Part shown: positions 28,708 through 38,615 of the stretch, piece after piece | Layout of the letters: every line of letters starts with the position of its first letter | Position numbering within the stretch: position 1 is the first letter of the stretch | Assembly (NCBI GenBank): GCA_963714745.1 | Contig: CAVQPK010000002.1 | Span: 2,464,808 to 2,528,807, forward strand | Origin: an uncultured Acidobacteriota bacterium | GTDB lineage: Bacteria; Acidobacteriota; Thermoanaerobaculia; Thermoanaerobaculales; Sulfomarinibacteraceae | Direction of reading: 5' to 3' | DNA: 64,000 nt | Made by a program: the position numbers and the translations under genes | Notes under the pieces: generated by a model | The model's input: the letters and a program-made list of their open reading frames with translations, nothing else | What the model was told of the DNA's origin: nothing | The model's database searches: none

Positions 28708-30495
28708 TTGCGAACCCCCTCGGCGTACAATCGGCGTGTGAGCTCATCCAACCCTGCTCCGCCGGACCGGGAGACCGCGTGGGTCCCTGAAGCGGCCGAG
28801 GCTCCGCTGCCGAGGCGATACAGTCTCAGGAGCGAGGGCGAAAGCTGGTACCTCACCTGCGTCGAGGCGCCCAATCTGAGGGTCCGCTCGGTCGCCGACC
28901 GATCGGTGTCTTCCGCGGGCGCGCGGCGGGCCGCCCCGGGCACGATCTTCCTCGACGGTGCCGCCCAGGGCGAGCCGTTCCTCGACGTCGAGCGCAGGGT
29001 CTACAACCTCGATCACCACGAGGGCTGCGTCCGGGCCTTCACCCTGGCGACCTGCGAGCAGGCTCTGGTCCTGGTCCGAAAGGGTTTCGATCTCAAGATC
29101 GGCGACTGGACCGTGGTCATCGGCGAGCCCGACCTGGACACTGTCCTCGCGGTCTGGGTGCTGCTCAACCACCGCCGGCTGACCACCGACGAGGCGGTGC
29201 GGCGTCGGATCACCCCGCTGGTCAGGCTGGAGGGCTGGATCGACGCCCATGGCCTCGAGCTGGCGGAGCTGAGCGGTCTGCCCGAATCGCTTCAGGCGGA
29301 GGTTCTCGCGACCATCGACAGTCTCCGTCGCCGAGAGCTCGAGCTGAAGCGCACCGGCGAGTGGTCCGAAGCCGATCCCCTCGAGTACGTGCTCGCCGTT
29401 CTCGGCCTGGTCGACGGACTGGTGTACACCAGCGAGCACTTCAGCGATCTTCCCGACGTCGATGAGCTGGGTCGCGTGGCGGTCGCACGGGGGCGGATCG
29501 CCATCCTGTGCCGGGCCGAGGTCGGTATCTACGAGGCCGAGCGCCACCTCCGGGCGCTGCACGGAGAACGTCTGGGACTGATCATCCTGCACAAGGACTC
29601 CCGCACCTACACCTTGAGGTTGACCGACGCGTTCCTGCCCAAGGGGTTGGAACCTCTCTACTCCGGCCTGAACCGGGTCGATCCGGCGGTTCGGGGCGAC
29701 GACCGCTGGGGTGGGTCGTCCGAGATCGGCGGCTCGCCGCGACGACGGGGCTCCTCGCTGAGCTCGAACGACGTGCTCGCGGTGTGCCGCGCGGTCTACT
29801 CGCCGGCCTCGATCGGTCGGCGTGTGGCGAGAATCGCGGCAGCTGCAGGTCTTGCGGCAGTCGTCACCATCGTGTTGGGTGTGGCCGGAGGCCCACGGCT
29901 GCCGGGAGCGTGGTCTGGTTCGCTGTTGCGGTCGCCGGCGACGGTCTGGCCGATGACCTCGGTCCTCGCCCTGGCCGCAGCCGCGGTCCTGGTCCCGACC
30001 GCGCGGCGATTTCCGCGCGGATTCGGGCTCTCGTTGCCGAGGGGGGGCCTTTGGGCGATGCTGCTTCCGGCGGGAGCGATCGCCGGTCTCGCCGGTGGTG
30101 CATGGATCCTGGCGCCGACCGGTCGGAGCGTCTCGATCCCGTCGTTCCTGGCAGGTGCTGCGGTGCTGGCTGCGGCCTGCGAGCTGTTCTTCCGGGGCGC
30201 GCTGCACGGTCTGCTCGCCGAGGTCTGCCGGCCGGCGGTCCGACGGGGATCGTGGACGCTCACCGGTCCGACGGTGGTTGCCGCGGTGCTCTCAGCGGCG
30301 TCGTGGACTTTCCTCAGCGCCGGCGAGGGGTTCGTGATCGGTGCGGCGGCTCTCGCGCGCTCGGCGATGGCGGGTTTCGCCCTGGGACTGACCTGCGGGC
30401 TCGCTCGGGAGCGCTCGGGAAGCGTGCTCGGGGCCGTCGCAGTCCATTCCGTCGCTGCGCTCGCCGGCGCTGCGATGCTGCTGCTCGCAAGGTGA
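28708..30495 (+). CDS. fusion protein: unknown soluble N-terminal domain plus C-terminal CPBP (CAAX/Abi-like) intramembrane protease-like domain
   Basis: The C-terminal TM bundle carries CELFFRGALHG (ExxxR-type motif 1) and AVAVHSVAALAG (His motif). The ~330-aa N-terminus contains YNLDHHEG and GEPDLD. The start is uncertain (TTG 28708 or GTG 28738). Confidence 0.6.
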   Translation: MRTPSAYNRRVSSSNPAPPDRETAWVPEAAEAPLPRRYSLRSEGESWYLTCVEAPNLRVRSVADRSVSSAGARRAAPGTIFLDGAAQGEPFLDVERRVYNLDHHEGCVRAFTLATCEQALVLVRKGFDLKIGDWTVVIGEPDLDTVLAVWVLLNHRRLTTDEAVRRRITPLVRLEGWIDAHGLELAELSGLPESLQAEVLATIDSLRRRELELKRTGEWSEADPLEYVLAVLGLVDGLVYTSEHFSDLPDVDELGRVAVARGRIAILCRAEVGIYEAERHLRALHGERLGLIILHKDSRTYTLRLTDAFLPKGLEPLYSGLNRVDPAVRGDDRWGGSSEIGGSPRRRGSSLSSNDVLAVCRAVYSPASIGRRVARIAAAAGLAAVVTIVLGVAGGPRLPGAWSGSLLRSPATVWPMTSVLALAAAAVLVPTARRFPRGFGLSLPRGGLWAMLLPAGAIAGLAGGAWILAPTGRSVSIPSFLAGAAVLAAACELFFRGALHGLLAEVCRPAVRRGSWTLTGPTVVAAVLSAASWTFLSAGEGFVIGAAALARSAMAGFALGLTCGLARERSGSVLGAVAVHSVAALAGAAMLLLAR

Positions 30496-30986
30496 TCCTC
30501 GAGTGCGCACGATCTCCGGGGTCGCTCTCCGGCGTGTGCCGCAGCTGTTCACAGTCATCGCGTGGGAATGGTCGTTTCCCGCCCCCACGGTCTGCCTGCA
30601 GGCGCCGCGTCCGGTGGAGGTCGCCGGCTTCCGCTTCGCGATCGCGACCTTCGGAGGCGGTGTGCTGGCGCCCGGCGAGGTATCCCATACCCAGCGCAGC
30701 GACCGAACCGGCTCCCTTGATCGCAGAGACTCCGGACGGCTCTTCCTTTCCCCCGGGTGGCGGTCGTCCTCCACGGGGGACACGAGAACCGATCTCGTTC
30801 CTTTCAGGGGCTGCCCGGAGATGGCATCACGTTTGCAAACGTCCGGGTGGGGAACGGACCCGCCATGCGCCCGGAATCGGTCCGGTGCGAGCGGAAGAAA
30901 GGCGAAGACGAAAGACTTCTCCAAGAGGGCCGACCTCGAGCTGAAACGACGCCCTCGCGGCGAACGGTGACAACGGAGGTGACGAG

Positions 30987-31595
30987 ATGACGCGAGCCCG
31001 ACGGATCATGATGCTGGCTGCCGCCGTGGCGGTGGGCGGCGCACTGACTGCCTGCAGCTCGTCGGTGCCCACCGGCACGCCCGGTGTGGACCGCACGGGT
31101 CAATACCTGTTGCGCAACACCGGCGACGACATCGTAGTGGTGATGAGCTACAAGTACGCGGTGAAGAACCTCGGTGACCCGTGGCTCCTGCTCGACGTGG
31201 CGGTCAGCGGAAAGCACCGGTATGCGACCGAGATCAAGCGCGAGAACGTGTTCGTGATCACGCCCTCCGGGGAGCGGATCAACGCGCCGACGCAGAAGGA
31301 GTTCGCTCAGGCCTACTCGGAGCTGCAGTCGATCATCCGGCGGGCCGACATCGCCGCGGAGCCGCTCGACTACTTCGGCGGCGACAAGCAGCGCTGCTCG
31401 GTTCCGTTCTTCGTGGTGCCGGGCACCGGAACGACCTCCGACAGCCTGTTCGTCAACGACCGCCAGGCCTGCTCGGGCCGGATCTACTTCCCGATCCCGG
31501 GCGGAGTTCAGGCCGGCGGCTGGGTCGTCGGCATCGACCTCGAGGAGAGCCGGATCCGGATTCCGTTCGTGCTCGAGCCCGAGACCGGGCGCTGA
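30987..31595 (+). CDS. lipoprotein, function unknown
   Basis: GGAGG RBS upstream. The signal peptide has a lipobox: MMLAAAVAVGGALTAC. Confidence 0.6.
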   Translation: MTRARRIMMLAAAVAVGGALTACSSSVPTGTPGVDRTGQYLLRNTGDDIVVVMSYKYAVKNLGDPWLLLDVAVSGKHRYATEIKRENVFVITPSGERINAPTQKEFAQAYSELQSIIRRADIAAEPLDYFGGDKQRCSVPFFVVPGTGTTSDSLFVNDRQACSGRIYFPIPGGVQAGGWVVGIDLEESRIRIPFVLEPETGR

Positions 31596-31622
31596 CCGAG
31601 ACCCGGCAACACCGAGCGTGAA

Positions 31623-31650
31623 GGCGGCCGGCGGAGAACCGCCGGCCGTC
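31623..31650. terminator. bidirectional hairpin between convergent genes
   Basis: GGCGGCCGGCGG-agaa-CCGCCGGCCGTC forms a 12-bp stem (one G-U pair) with a tetraloop. It lies between the stops at 31595 (+) and 31657 (-). Confidence 0.55.
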
Positions 31651-31656
31651 GGCGTC

Positions 31657-34230
31657 TCAGGGTCCCACAGGCGCGCCCACCCGTCCGGTCGCGCGCCGAG
31701 GTGCCGGCTGCGGTCGTCCACCGGCAGGGCGCACCGGCACCCGCCAGGCACCGCGACCGTGGGTGAAGGCGTACAGCACGAGCTCGCCGTCAGGTCCGAC
31801 CCACGGCGCGAGCGACTCGGTCACCACCCGGGCGAAGCCGGTGTTCTCGGCCGCCCAGGTGCGCCCTCCGTCGAGCGTGACCAGCACGCCGAGGTCGGTG
31901 CCGAGGTACAGCCGGGACGAGAGGTCGGGATCGACCACCACTGCATGCACCGGCAGGTCAGGGAGCTCGCCGTTCCCATCGATCGCCGTCCAGCTGGCGC
32001 CGAGGTCGTCGGAACGCCACAGGTGGGGCCCTCCGAAGCCGGCCCAGCTCGCGTAGGCCACGGCTGGTTGCTGGGGGTCGAACGTCACCGAGGACACGAA
32101 GCCAGGGCGCGGTGCAGCCGAGCCCCACACCGTGCTGGGGGTGGCCCGGGTGGCTGAGGTCGTGCGCAGGATCCGGCCGTCGCTGGTCCCTGCGAGCACC
32201 AGGTCGGGGTCGTGGGGGGAGATCGCGACGGCGCTGACCTGGCCCTGGCCGGTCAACGAGGCGCCGGCCCTCTGCCAGCTCGCGCCGCCGTTCTCGGACC
32301 TCCACATCCGGCGGCCACCGGTCCAGATCCGATCGTGGTCGGAGGGATCGGCCGCGAACGGCGTGATGAAGAGGAAGGTCGAGGCCGGGTCGGTGATGCC
32401 CTGGACCGAGCGGGCGAAGGTGAGGCCGCCGTTGGTTGACACGTAGAACCCGAACTGCTGGGTCTCGGCGTAGATCCGGCGCGGGTTGCCCGGATCGACC
32501 GCGACGTGGCCTCCGTCCCCGCCGAGAATCTCCTCCCAGCCGTCCGGTCCCCGGGAGTCGCGGCCCCGGATGGTGCCGTTGTCCTGGGTTCCGCCGAGGT
32601 AGGACGCGCCGTCGGGTGTCGGGACGCCGTGATAGAACTGGGTCACGCCGAACCCGTGGTTGAGGGACTCCCAGGGCACCGAGGACGCGCTCGGAGTGCA
32701 CAGCGAGGCGGTGCCGTGCGCCACCTCCGCCGTTGCGTCGGTGGTTCGGAAGACGCCTCCGTCGCCGGTGGCAAACAGGGTCCGGTTGGTGGTGCCGTCG
32801 TAGGCCGGGTGAAAGACCAGCGCGTGCTGGTCCGCGTGCACGAACGAGGGCGCCTTGGAGTCTGCCCACCAGTAGGACGCGGCCCCCCAGCTCCGTCCTC
32901 CGTCGTCGGAGCGGAACAGGTCGACGCCCCCGACCCACACTCGGTCGGGGTCGAGCGGGTCGACCGCGATGGTGTTGGCGTACCACCCCATGGTGACCCA
33001 CTGGTTGGCGGCGCCGCCGCCGCACTCCTGCTGCACGGCGACGATCGGGTTGGTCAAGAGCAGGGTGTGGAGCTTCTCGGGGTCGGTGTTGCCGACCCGG
33101 GTCTCCCAGCTCCCGGCGGCGCCGCCCTGGGTCGAGCGGAAGACCGCCAGGAGACCCTGCTCGAAGACCCCGTCGGGGCCCGGGAGGTTGCTGGCGGCGA
33201 GTGCGTAGACCACGTTCTGGTCGGAGGGGGCGATCGCGAGGCTGGTGCGCCCCATGCCGGGCGGTGACAGCACCGACTCCCAGCTCTGCTCCGACGCCGC
33301 GTCGGCGATCCGGTAGACCGTGGCCTGGTCGAGGGTGCCGCAGGAGGCCAGCAGGCGGTCAGTCGGTCCGTCGGTGCGGGCCACGAGGTCGAGGCAGCCG
33401 CCGATCACGCCGGGGTCGAGGATCCGCCTCCAGGTTCGGCCGGCGTTGGCGCTCCGCCACACGCCGGTGCGGGTGGCCGCGTAGAGCCGGTCGGTGTTGT
33501 GGCGGCTGATGACCAGGTCGTTGACCCACTGGAAGTCCTCGCCGGTCGTGCCCTCGAGCTGCTCCCAGCTCGCACCGGCGTCCCGGGTCACGAAGATCCC
33601 GGCGCCGCGCAGCGGCAGCCCGGTCCCTCTCACCTCCTCGCGGAAGTAGCCCTCGCCGGTGCCGACGTAGAGGATCGAGGGGTCGAGGGGGTGGATCGCC
33701 ATCGCGTTGACCGCGATGTTGGCGAGGTCATCGCCGATCGGGGTCCAGCCCAGGCCCCCGTCGAGGGTCTTCCAGACTCCGCCGGACACCCCGCCGGCGT
33801 ACATCACCCGCGGTGTCACCGGGTGGACGACGAGGGTCCGGGTTCGACCGCCGATGTTGCCGGGCCCCAGGCTCTCCCAGCTGCCGAGGGCCGAGACTGC
33901 GGTCGCGATCAGCGCTCCAGGACCGTCGGGCAGGCTGAGCCTCGGCAGGGTCGCTCCCAGCCGGCTCGAGTATCGGGGCAGCGACCGGACGCTGCGCGCG
34001 GCCCGGGCGTAGGCGGCCGCGGTGTCGAAACCCGGGTCGGCGGGCCGGCGCTTCAGCTGGGCCCACTGGAAGGCGAGGTCCGGCTGGTCGGCCCGGGGAG
34101 GCGGCACGGGCCGGTCCACAGTGGCGACGCCGGCGGGCCCGGGTGACGAGCACGCGAGGAGGGTCGCCAATGTGGCGGCTCCCGCCAGGATCGCGAGCCC
34201 GAGCGGTCGCGGTCGCTGCCTCCGGATCAC
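31657..34230 (-). CDS. BNR/Asp-box repeat (sortilin/VPS10-like) secreted lipoprotein
   Basis: At least 7 Asp-box-like SxDxGxTW motifs are present (TRDAGASWE, SANAGRTWR, SDDGGRSWG, SENGGASWQ, SDDLGASWT, TLDGGRTWA). Lipobox: ATLATLLAC. GTG 34230 overlaps the receiver gene's stop (GTGA). Confidence 0.8.
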   Translation of the reverse strand: MIRRQRPRPLGLAILAGAATLATLLACSSPGPAGVATVDRPVPPPRADQPDLAFQWAQLKRRPADPGFDTAAAYARAARSVRSLPRYSSRLGATLPRLSLPDGPGALIATAVSALGSWESLGPGNIGGRTRTLVVHPVTPRVMYAGGVSGGVWKTLDGGLGWTPIGDDLANIAVNAMAIHPLDPSILYVGTGEGYFREEVRGTGLPLRGAGIFVTRDAGASWEQLEGTTGEDFQWVNDLVISRHNTDRLYAATRTGVWRSANAGRTWRRILDPGVIGGCLDLVARTDGPTDRLLASCGTLDQATVYRIADAASEQSWESVLSPPGMGRTSLAIAPSDQNVVYALAASNLPGPDGVFEQGLLAVFRSTQGGAAGSWETRVGNTDPEKLHTLLLTNPIVAVQQECGGGAANQWVTMGWYANTIAVDPLDPDRVWVGGVDLFRSDDGGRSWGAASYWWADSKAPSFVHADQHALVFHPAYDGTTNRTLFATGDGGVFRTTDATAEVAHGTASLCTPSASSVPWESLNHGFGVTQFYHGVPTPDGASYLGGTQDNGTIRGRDSRGPDGWEEILGGDGGHVAVDPGNPRRIYAETQQFGFYVSTNGGLTFARSVQGITDPASTFLFITPFAADPSDHDRIWTGGRRMWRSENGGASWQRAGASLTGQGQVSAVAISPHDPDLVLAGTSDGRILRTTSATRATPSTVWGSAAPRPGFVSSVTFDPQQPAVAYASWAGFGGPHLWRSDDLGASWTAIDGNGELPDLPVHAVVVDPDLSSRLYLGTDLGVLVTLDGGRTWAAENTGFARVVTESLAPWVGPDGELVLYAFTHGRGAWRVPVRPAGGRPQPAPRRATGRVGAPVGP

Positions 34231-34646
34231 GCGACGGGTTTCCCGAGCAGCTCGCGGATCACCTTCAGCAGCTCCCCGATGTCCGGCGGTTTGGTCAGGA
34301 AGTGGTCGCACTGGACCCAGGTCTGCTCCATCCGTGCCCGGAGGTCGGTCATGCGGTCGACCCCGGTCAACATCACGATCGGGATCCGGCTGGTCGCGTC
34401 GCTCTTCTTGAGCAGGTTGGCGAGGTCGTAACCCTCCGAGGGGTAGGTCATCATCACGTCGAGCACGACCAGGTCGGGAGGATGTTGCGTGATGACCGCC
34501 ATCGCCTCCTCTCCGGTGGCGGCGCTCACGACCTCGAACTCCCGTTCGAGCACGGCGCGCAGTGCGTCAACCAGGACGGCGTCGTCATCCACCACGAGGA
34601 TCGTCCTCACCGTCGCCGCGCCTCCTTTCGAGTCAGGGCCGGGCAC
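34227..34646 (-). CDS. single-domain response regulator (receiver only)
   Basis: Receiver motifs are present: ILVVDDD, DLVVLDVMM and TSRIPIVMLTG. Confidence 0.85.
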   Translation of the reverse strand: MPGPDSKGGAATVRTILVVDDDAVLVDALRAVLEREFEVVSAATGEEAMAVITQHPPDLVVLDVMMTYPSEGYDLANLLKKSDATSRIPIVMLTGVDRMTDLRARMEQTWVQCDHFLTKPPDIGELLKVIRELLGKPVA

Positions 34647-34724
34647 GGCCAGTATACCGCCGGCATGCGCCGGACGCGGGTGAAGGGCGAAGGGTGAAGA
34701 GTACCGGTCCGCGTCGGGCTCAGA

Positions 34725-35399
34725 TCACCGGTTCAGCTGGTCGAGAGCTCGCTCGATGGTCGGCATGACGTTGTCGGCGAGACGGTGGTGTCCCTCGGGG
34801 TTGGGGTGGATCCCGTCCTCGAGGTTGAGCGAGCGCCGAGCGGCCACGCCCTCGAGCAGGAACGGCACCAGCGGCACGTCGAGCTCGCGGGCCAGCTTCG
34901 GGTAGACCGCCTCGAACTCGCCGACATAGTCCGAGCCGAGGTTCGGCGGCAGCCGCATGCCGAGCAGGATCACCGCGGCCCCGCGCTCGTGAGCGCGCAC
35001 CACGATCGCCCTCAGGTTGGCCGCCAGCAGATCGATCGGCTGGCCGCGGAGCCCGTCGTTGGCGCCCAGCCCGACCACCAGCAGGTCCGGACCGAGGTCG
35101 AGGACCCAGTCGAGCCGTCGCAGCCCGCCGGCGGAGGTGTCCCCGCTGACGCCCGCGTTCACCACCCGGATCGGGCGGCCCTCGTCGCGAAGCCGTTCCC
35201 CGACCAGAGCCGGGAAGGCCTCCCCCTCGTCGACCCCGAACCCGGCGGTCAGGCTGTCTCCGAGAAAGACCACCAGCGGAGCGTCGATCGAGGCCGGCGG
35301 CGGAATGCCATCGCCCTGCGGGACCGTTGCTTGGCGCGAGTCGCACGCGGCGACCAGCGCCATCATCAGCGTCAGCAGACTCGGACCGAGGCGTTTCAC
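34725..35399 (-). CDS. SGNH/GDSL arylesterase-thioesterase (TesA-like), lipoprotein signal
   Basis: Motifs: VVFLGDSLTAG (block I), GANDG (block III), DGIHPN (block V). GTG start, with signal ...MALVAAC. It is divergent from a YbbA/YbbP-like ABC pair, as in the E. coli tesA locus. Confidence 0.85.
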   Translation of the reverse strand: MKRLGPSLLTLMMALVAACDSRQATVPQGDGIPPPASIDAPLVVFLGDSLTAGFGVDEGEAFPALVGERLRDEGRPIRVVNAGVSGDTSAGGLRRLDWVLDLGPDLLVVGLGANDGLRGQPIDLLAANLRAIVVRAHERGAAVILLGMRLPPNLGSDYVGEFEAVYPKLARELDVPLVPFLLEGVAARRSLNLEDGIHPNPEGHHRLADNVMPTIERALDQLNR

Positions 35400-35413
35400 G
35401 ACAGGAGTGTACC

Positions 35414-36106
35414 GTGGCGACCACTGCTCCAGCGATCGAGCTCGACTCCCTGACTCGGCGGCTTCCTTCGGGCGGCCGCGAGCTGACCGTGCTCGACCGG
35501 GTCGACCTGACCATCGAGCGAGGTGAGTTCGTGGCGGTGCTCGGTCCCTCCGGGAGCGGCAAGTCGACTCTGCTGGCCCTCACCGCCGGTCTCGACCGGC
35601 CCTCGTCGGGCTCGGTGCGGATCGAGGGGAGGGCCCTCGAGGACCTGTCGGAGGACGAGCTCTCCAGGCTCCGCCGGGGCACGATCGGCTTCGTCTTCCA
35701 GTCGTTCCAGCTGCTGGACAACTTCACCGCGCTCGAGAACGTGATGCTGCCGATCGAGCTGCTCGGTGCGCCGCGGGCCCGAGAGCGCGCGGGCTCGCTG
35801 CTCGAGCGAGTCGGTCTCGGCGATCGTGGACACCACTACCCGCGCCAGCTCTCCGGGGGCGAGCAGCAGCGGGTGGCGGTGGCCCGGGCGTTCGCCGCCG
35901 AGCCTCCGATTCTGCTCGCCGACGAGCCGACCGGGAACCTCGACAGCGCCACCGGGGCTGCGGTGCTCGAGGTCTTGACCGACCTCCGCGACCGGTGCGG
36001 TTCGACCCTGGTCCTGGTGACCCACGACCCGGCGGTGGCCGAGCGGGCGGAGCGGCGGGTCCACCTGCGCGACGGACGCCTCGAGCGCGACGAACGGAGC
36101 CGCTGA
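35414..36106 (+). CDS. ABC transporter ATP-binding protein (YbbA/LolD-like)
   Basis: GTG 35414 lies behind AGGAG. Motifs: [36 protein letters not shown]. The start is uncertain because an ORF extends upstream to 35327. Confidence 0.88.
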   Translation: MATTAPAIELDSLTRRLPSGGRELTVLDRVDLTIERGEFVAVLGPSGSGKSTLLALTAGLDRPSSGSVRIEGRALEDLSEDELSRLRRGTIGFVFQSFQLLDNFTALENVMLPIELLGAPRARERAGSLLERVGLGDRGHHYPRQLSGGEQQRVAVARAFAAEPPILLADEPTGNLDSATGAAVLEVLTDLRDRCGSTLVLVTHDPAVAERAERRVHLRDGRLERDERSR

Positions 36107-36107
36107 G

Positions 36108-38615
36108 GTGATCGACCCCCGCCTCGCGCTGCGGCTCGGATCCCGCGAGCTCCGGGGCCTCGGGCCGCGGCTCGCTTTCTTCGTGGCCGCGCTGGCGGTG
36201 GGAGTGGCAGCGGTGGTGGCGGTCGCCGGCCTCGGCGAGGCGACCCGGCACGCGGTGCGGTCCCAGGCGCGCGAGCTGCTCGCCGCCGACCTTTCGGTGT
36301 CGGCGCGGCGGCCGCTTCCGCCCGCCGTCCCGGCGCTGCTCGCCGAGCTCGGCGCCGACTTCACCGAGCTTCGCGAGCTCGCCACCGTCGCCGTCGCCGA
36401 GGCGACCGGACGCAGCCGGCTGGTCGAGCTCAAGGCGGTCGGTCCGGGATATCCGTTCTACGGTGCAGTCGTGGTGGATCCCGTCCGGCCACTCTCCGAG
36501 CTGCTCCGGCCGGACGCCGTCGTGGCGGCCCCCGAGGCTCTGGCCCAGCTCGGCCTCGGGGTCGGTGACAGGGTCAGGATCGGGGGTGTGCCGTTCACGG
36601 TCTCCGGGACCCTCGTCGAGGAGCCCGACCGGGCGCTGGGACCGTTCACGCTCGGTCCGCGGGTCCTGGTCGGGCTGGCCGGGCTCGAGCGCACGGACCT
36701 GCTCGGCCTCGGCAGCCGGGTGACCTACCGGACCCTGGTCCGCACTCCGGCGGGTGTGTCGGCCGAAGCCGTCGCAGCCCGCCTCGGCGAGCTCGAGGAG
36801 GCGCCCTGGCTGAGGGTCGAGACCGCCGCCGGGGCCCAGCCGGCGCTGCGCGACGGGATCACCCGGGTCGAGCGTTTTCTCGGGCTGGTGGCGCTGCTGT
36901 CGCTGCTGGTCGGCGGCGTCGGGGTGGCGCAGACGGTGCGCTCGTGGCTTGCCGGGCGGCTCGACGCGGTCGCGATTCTGCGCTGCCTGGGCCTGACGAC
37001 CGGCGAGGTGACCGCGCTCTACCTCGGCCAGGTCGCCGCGCTCGGGCTCGCCACCAGTGTCGTGGGGGGCGCGGCCGGGGCCGCGCTCCAGCTGGTCGTG
37101 CCGCGGCTGGTCGGCACGGCGCTGCCGGCGCTCGCGGTGGACCCCTGGTTGCCCGGTCCGTGGCTGCGCGGGCTCGCGATCGGGGTCGGCGTCGCGGTGC
37201 TGTTCGCGGCACCACCGTTGATGGCGGTTCGGCGAGTACCGCCGGTCCGGGTGCTGCGCCGCGCGGTCGAGCCGGTGCCGTTGTCGCGGTCCGCTCGGGC
37301 ATCGCTGCTGGCGCTGGTGGTGGCCGGGGTCGGTGCGCTGGCCCTGGTCCAGACCGGCTCGCCGGCGATGGCGGCGGCGTTCACCGGCGGTGCCCTGGCG
37401 ACCGTCGGCCTGCTCGCCGCGGGTGCGGCCGGGATCGTGACCCTGGTGGGATGGGTCAGGATCCCGGGGGCTCCCCTGCCGCTGCGCCACGGGCTCGTCG
37501 GCCTGGCCCGCCCGGGCGCCGACACGCCCGGCGCGGTGGTGGCGCTCGGTCTCGGCGTGCTGGTCGTGGTCTCGATGATCCTGGTCGAGCGCCGGCTCTC
37601 CGCGCAGCTCGACGCCGAGCTGCCGACCGCCGCGCCGAGCCTGTTCTTCGTCGATGTCCAGCCGGACCAGTGGCCCGCGCTGCGTGAGCTGCTGCTTGCC
37701 GAGGGCGCCGCCGAGCTCGACTCGGCTCCGGTCGTGATGGCGCGGCTGCGCGCGGTCGACGGCCGGGGCCCCGGCGAAGCCGGCGGCGACGGCGAACGGC
37801 GCGAGCGCTGGGCGCTCGCCCGCGAGCAACGGTTGACCTATGGTGGGGAGCTGCCCGCCGGAAACACCGTGACGGCCGGAGGATGGTGGCACGAGGGACG
37901 CGCCAACGAGGTCAGCATCGAGGAGGACTACGCCGCGGCGATCGGGGCACAGATCGGATCGGTGCTCGAGCTCGACGTGCAGGGCGTGCCGCTGGAGCTG
38001 GTGGTCTCGAGCCTGCGGCGGGTGGAGTGGCGGACCTTCCGGATCAACTTCTTTCTCCAGGTCGAGCCAGGAGTGCTGGAGGCGGCGCCGCAGTGGCGGC
38101 TGGTCGCGGCCCTGGTCCCGCGCGACGCTGAGCAGCGGGTGCAGGACCGGGTTGCGGCTGATTTCCCCAACGTCACCACGATCCCGGTGCGGGCGGTGCT
38201 CGAGAAGGTCGCAGAGGTGCTCGAACGGCTCGGGCTCGGGGTGCGGCTGCTGGGCGCCTTCACCGTGCTTGCCGGGGTGGCGATCCTGGGCGGTGCGGCG
38301 AGCGCGGCCTCCGTCCGCCGCGGCCGCGAGGTGGCGCTGCTCAAGACGCTCGGCTTCACCCGGCCGCAGGTGGTCGCGGCGTTCGCCGTGGAGTACGCGC
38401 TGGTCGGGGTGGTGGCGGGAACGGTCGGCGCCTTCGGCGGGTCGGTGGTGGCGTGGCTGGTCGCGACCCGCGGCATGGAGCTGCCGTGGCGGTTGGACCC
38501 CGGTGTGGTGGCGGCAGCGGTGGCCGGGACGGTCCTGCTCGCGGCGGTGGCCGGCCTGGCGGCGAGTGCGCGGGCGCTCAGCCGCCGTCCGGTGGAGGTG
38601 CTGCGGGACGGTTGA
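36108..38615 (+). CDS. ABC transporter permease, FtsX-like double domain (YbbP-type)
   Basis: 835 aa with two blocks of FtsX-type TM helices separated by a large loop. It starts 1 nt after the ATPase gene's stop. Confidence 0.85.
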   Translation: MIDPRLALRLGSRELRGLGPRLAFFVAALAVGVAAVVAVAGLGEATRHAVRSQARELLAADLSVSARRPLPPAVPALLAELGADFTELRELATVAVAEATGRSRLVELKAVGPGYPFYGAVVVDPVRPLSELLRPDAVVAAPEALAQLGLGVGDRVRIGGVPFTVSGTLVEEPDRALGPFTLGPRVLVGLAGLERTDLLGLGSRVTYRTLVRTPAGVSAEAVAARLGELEEAPWLRVETAAGAQPALRDGITRVERFLGLVALLSLLVGGVGVAQTVRSWLAGRLDAVAILRCLGLTTGEVTALYLGQVAALGLATSVVGGAAGAALQLVVPRLVGTALPALAVDPWLPGPWLRGLAIGVGVAVLFAAPPLMAVRRVPPVRVLRRAVEPVPLSRSARASLLALVVAGVGALALVQTGSPAMAAAFTGGALATVGLLAAGAAGIVTLVGWVRIPGAPLPLRHGLVGLARPGADTPGAVVALGLGVLVVVSMILVERRLSAQLDAELPTAAPSLFFVDVQPDQWPALRELLLAEGAAELDSAPVVMARLRAVDGRGPGEAGGDGERRERWALAREQRLTYGGELPAGNTVTAGGWWHEGRANEVSIEEDYAAAIGAQIGSVLELDVQGVPLELVVSSLRRVEWRTFRINFFLQVEPGVLEAAPQWRLVAALVPRDAEQRVQDRVAADFPNVTTIPVRAVLEKVAEVLERLGLGVRLLGAFTVLAGVAILGGAASAASVRRGREVALLKTLGFTRPQVVAAFAVEYALVGVVAGTVGAFGGSVVAWLVATRGMELPWRLDPGVVAAAVAGTVLLAAVAGLAASARALSRRPVEVLRDG

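Noticed and set aside
30496-30986. A 490-bp gap upstream of the lipoprotein gene, examined for a riboswitch, RNase P, 6S RNA or other ncRNA, and for the 155-aa (+) and 210-aa (-) ORFs in it.
   Set aside because: I found no match to the conserved cores of the TPP, SAM, cobalamin, glycine, fluoride, c-di-GMP or RNase P RNAs that I can recall. The ORF translations are R/S/G/P-rich with no domain. The gap is left unannotated, and an Infernal/Rfam scan would settle it.
34725-38615. The TesA-like esterase divergent from a YbbA/YbbP-like ABC pair, considered as a possible novel system.
   Set aside because: The same tesA / ybbA-ybbP arrangement is well known from E. coli and many proteobacteria, so this is ordinary conserved synteny.
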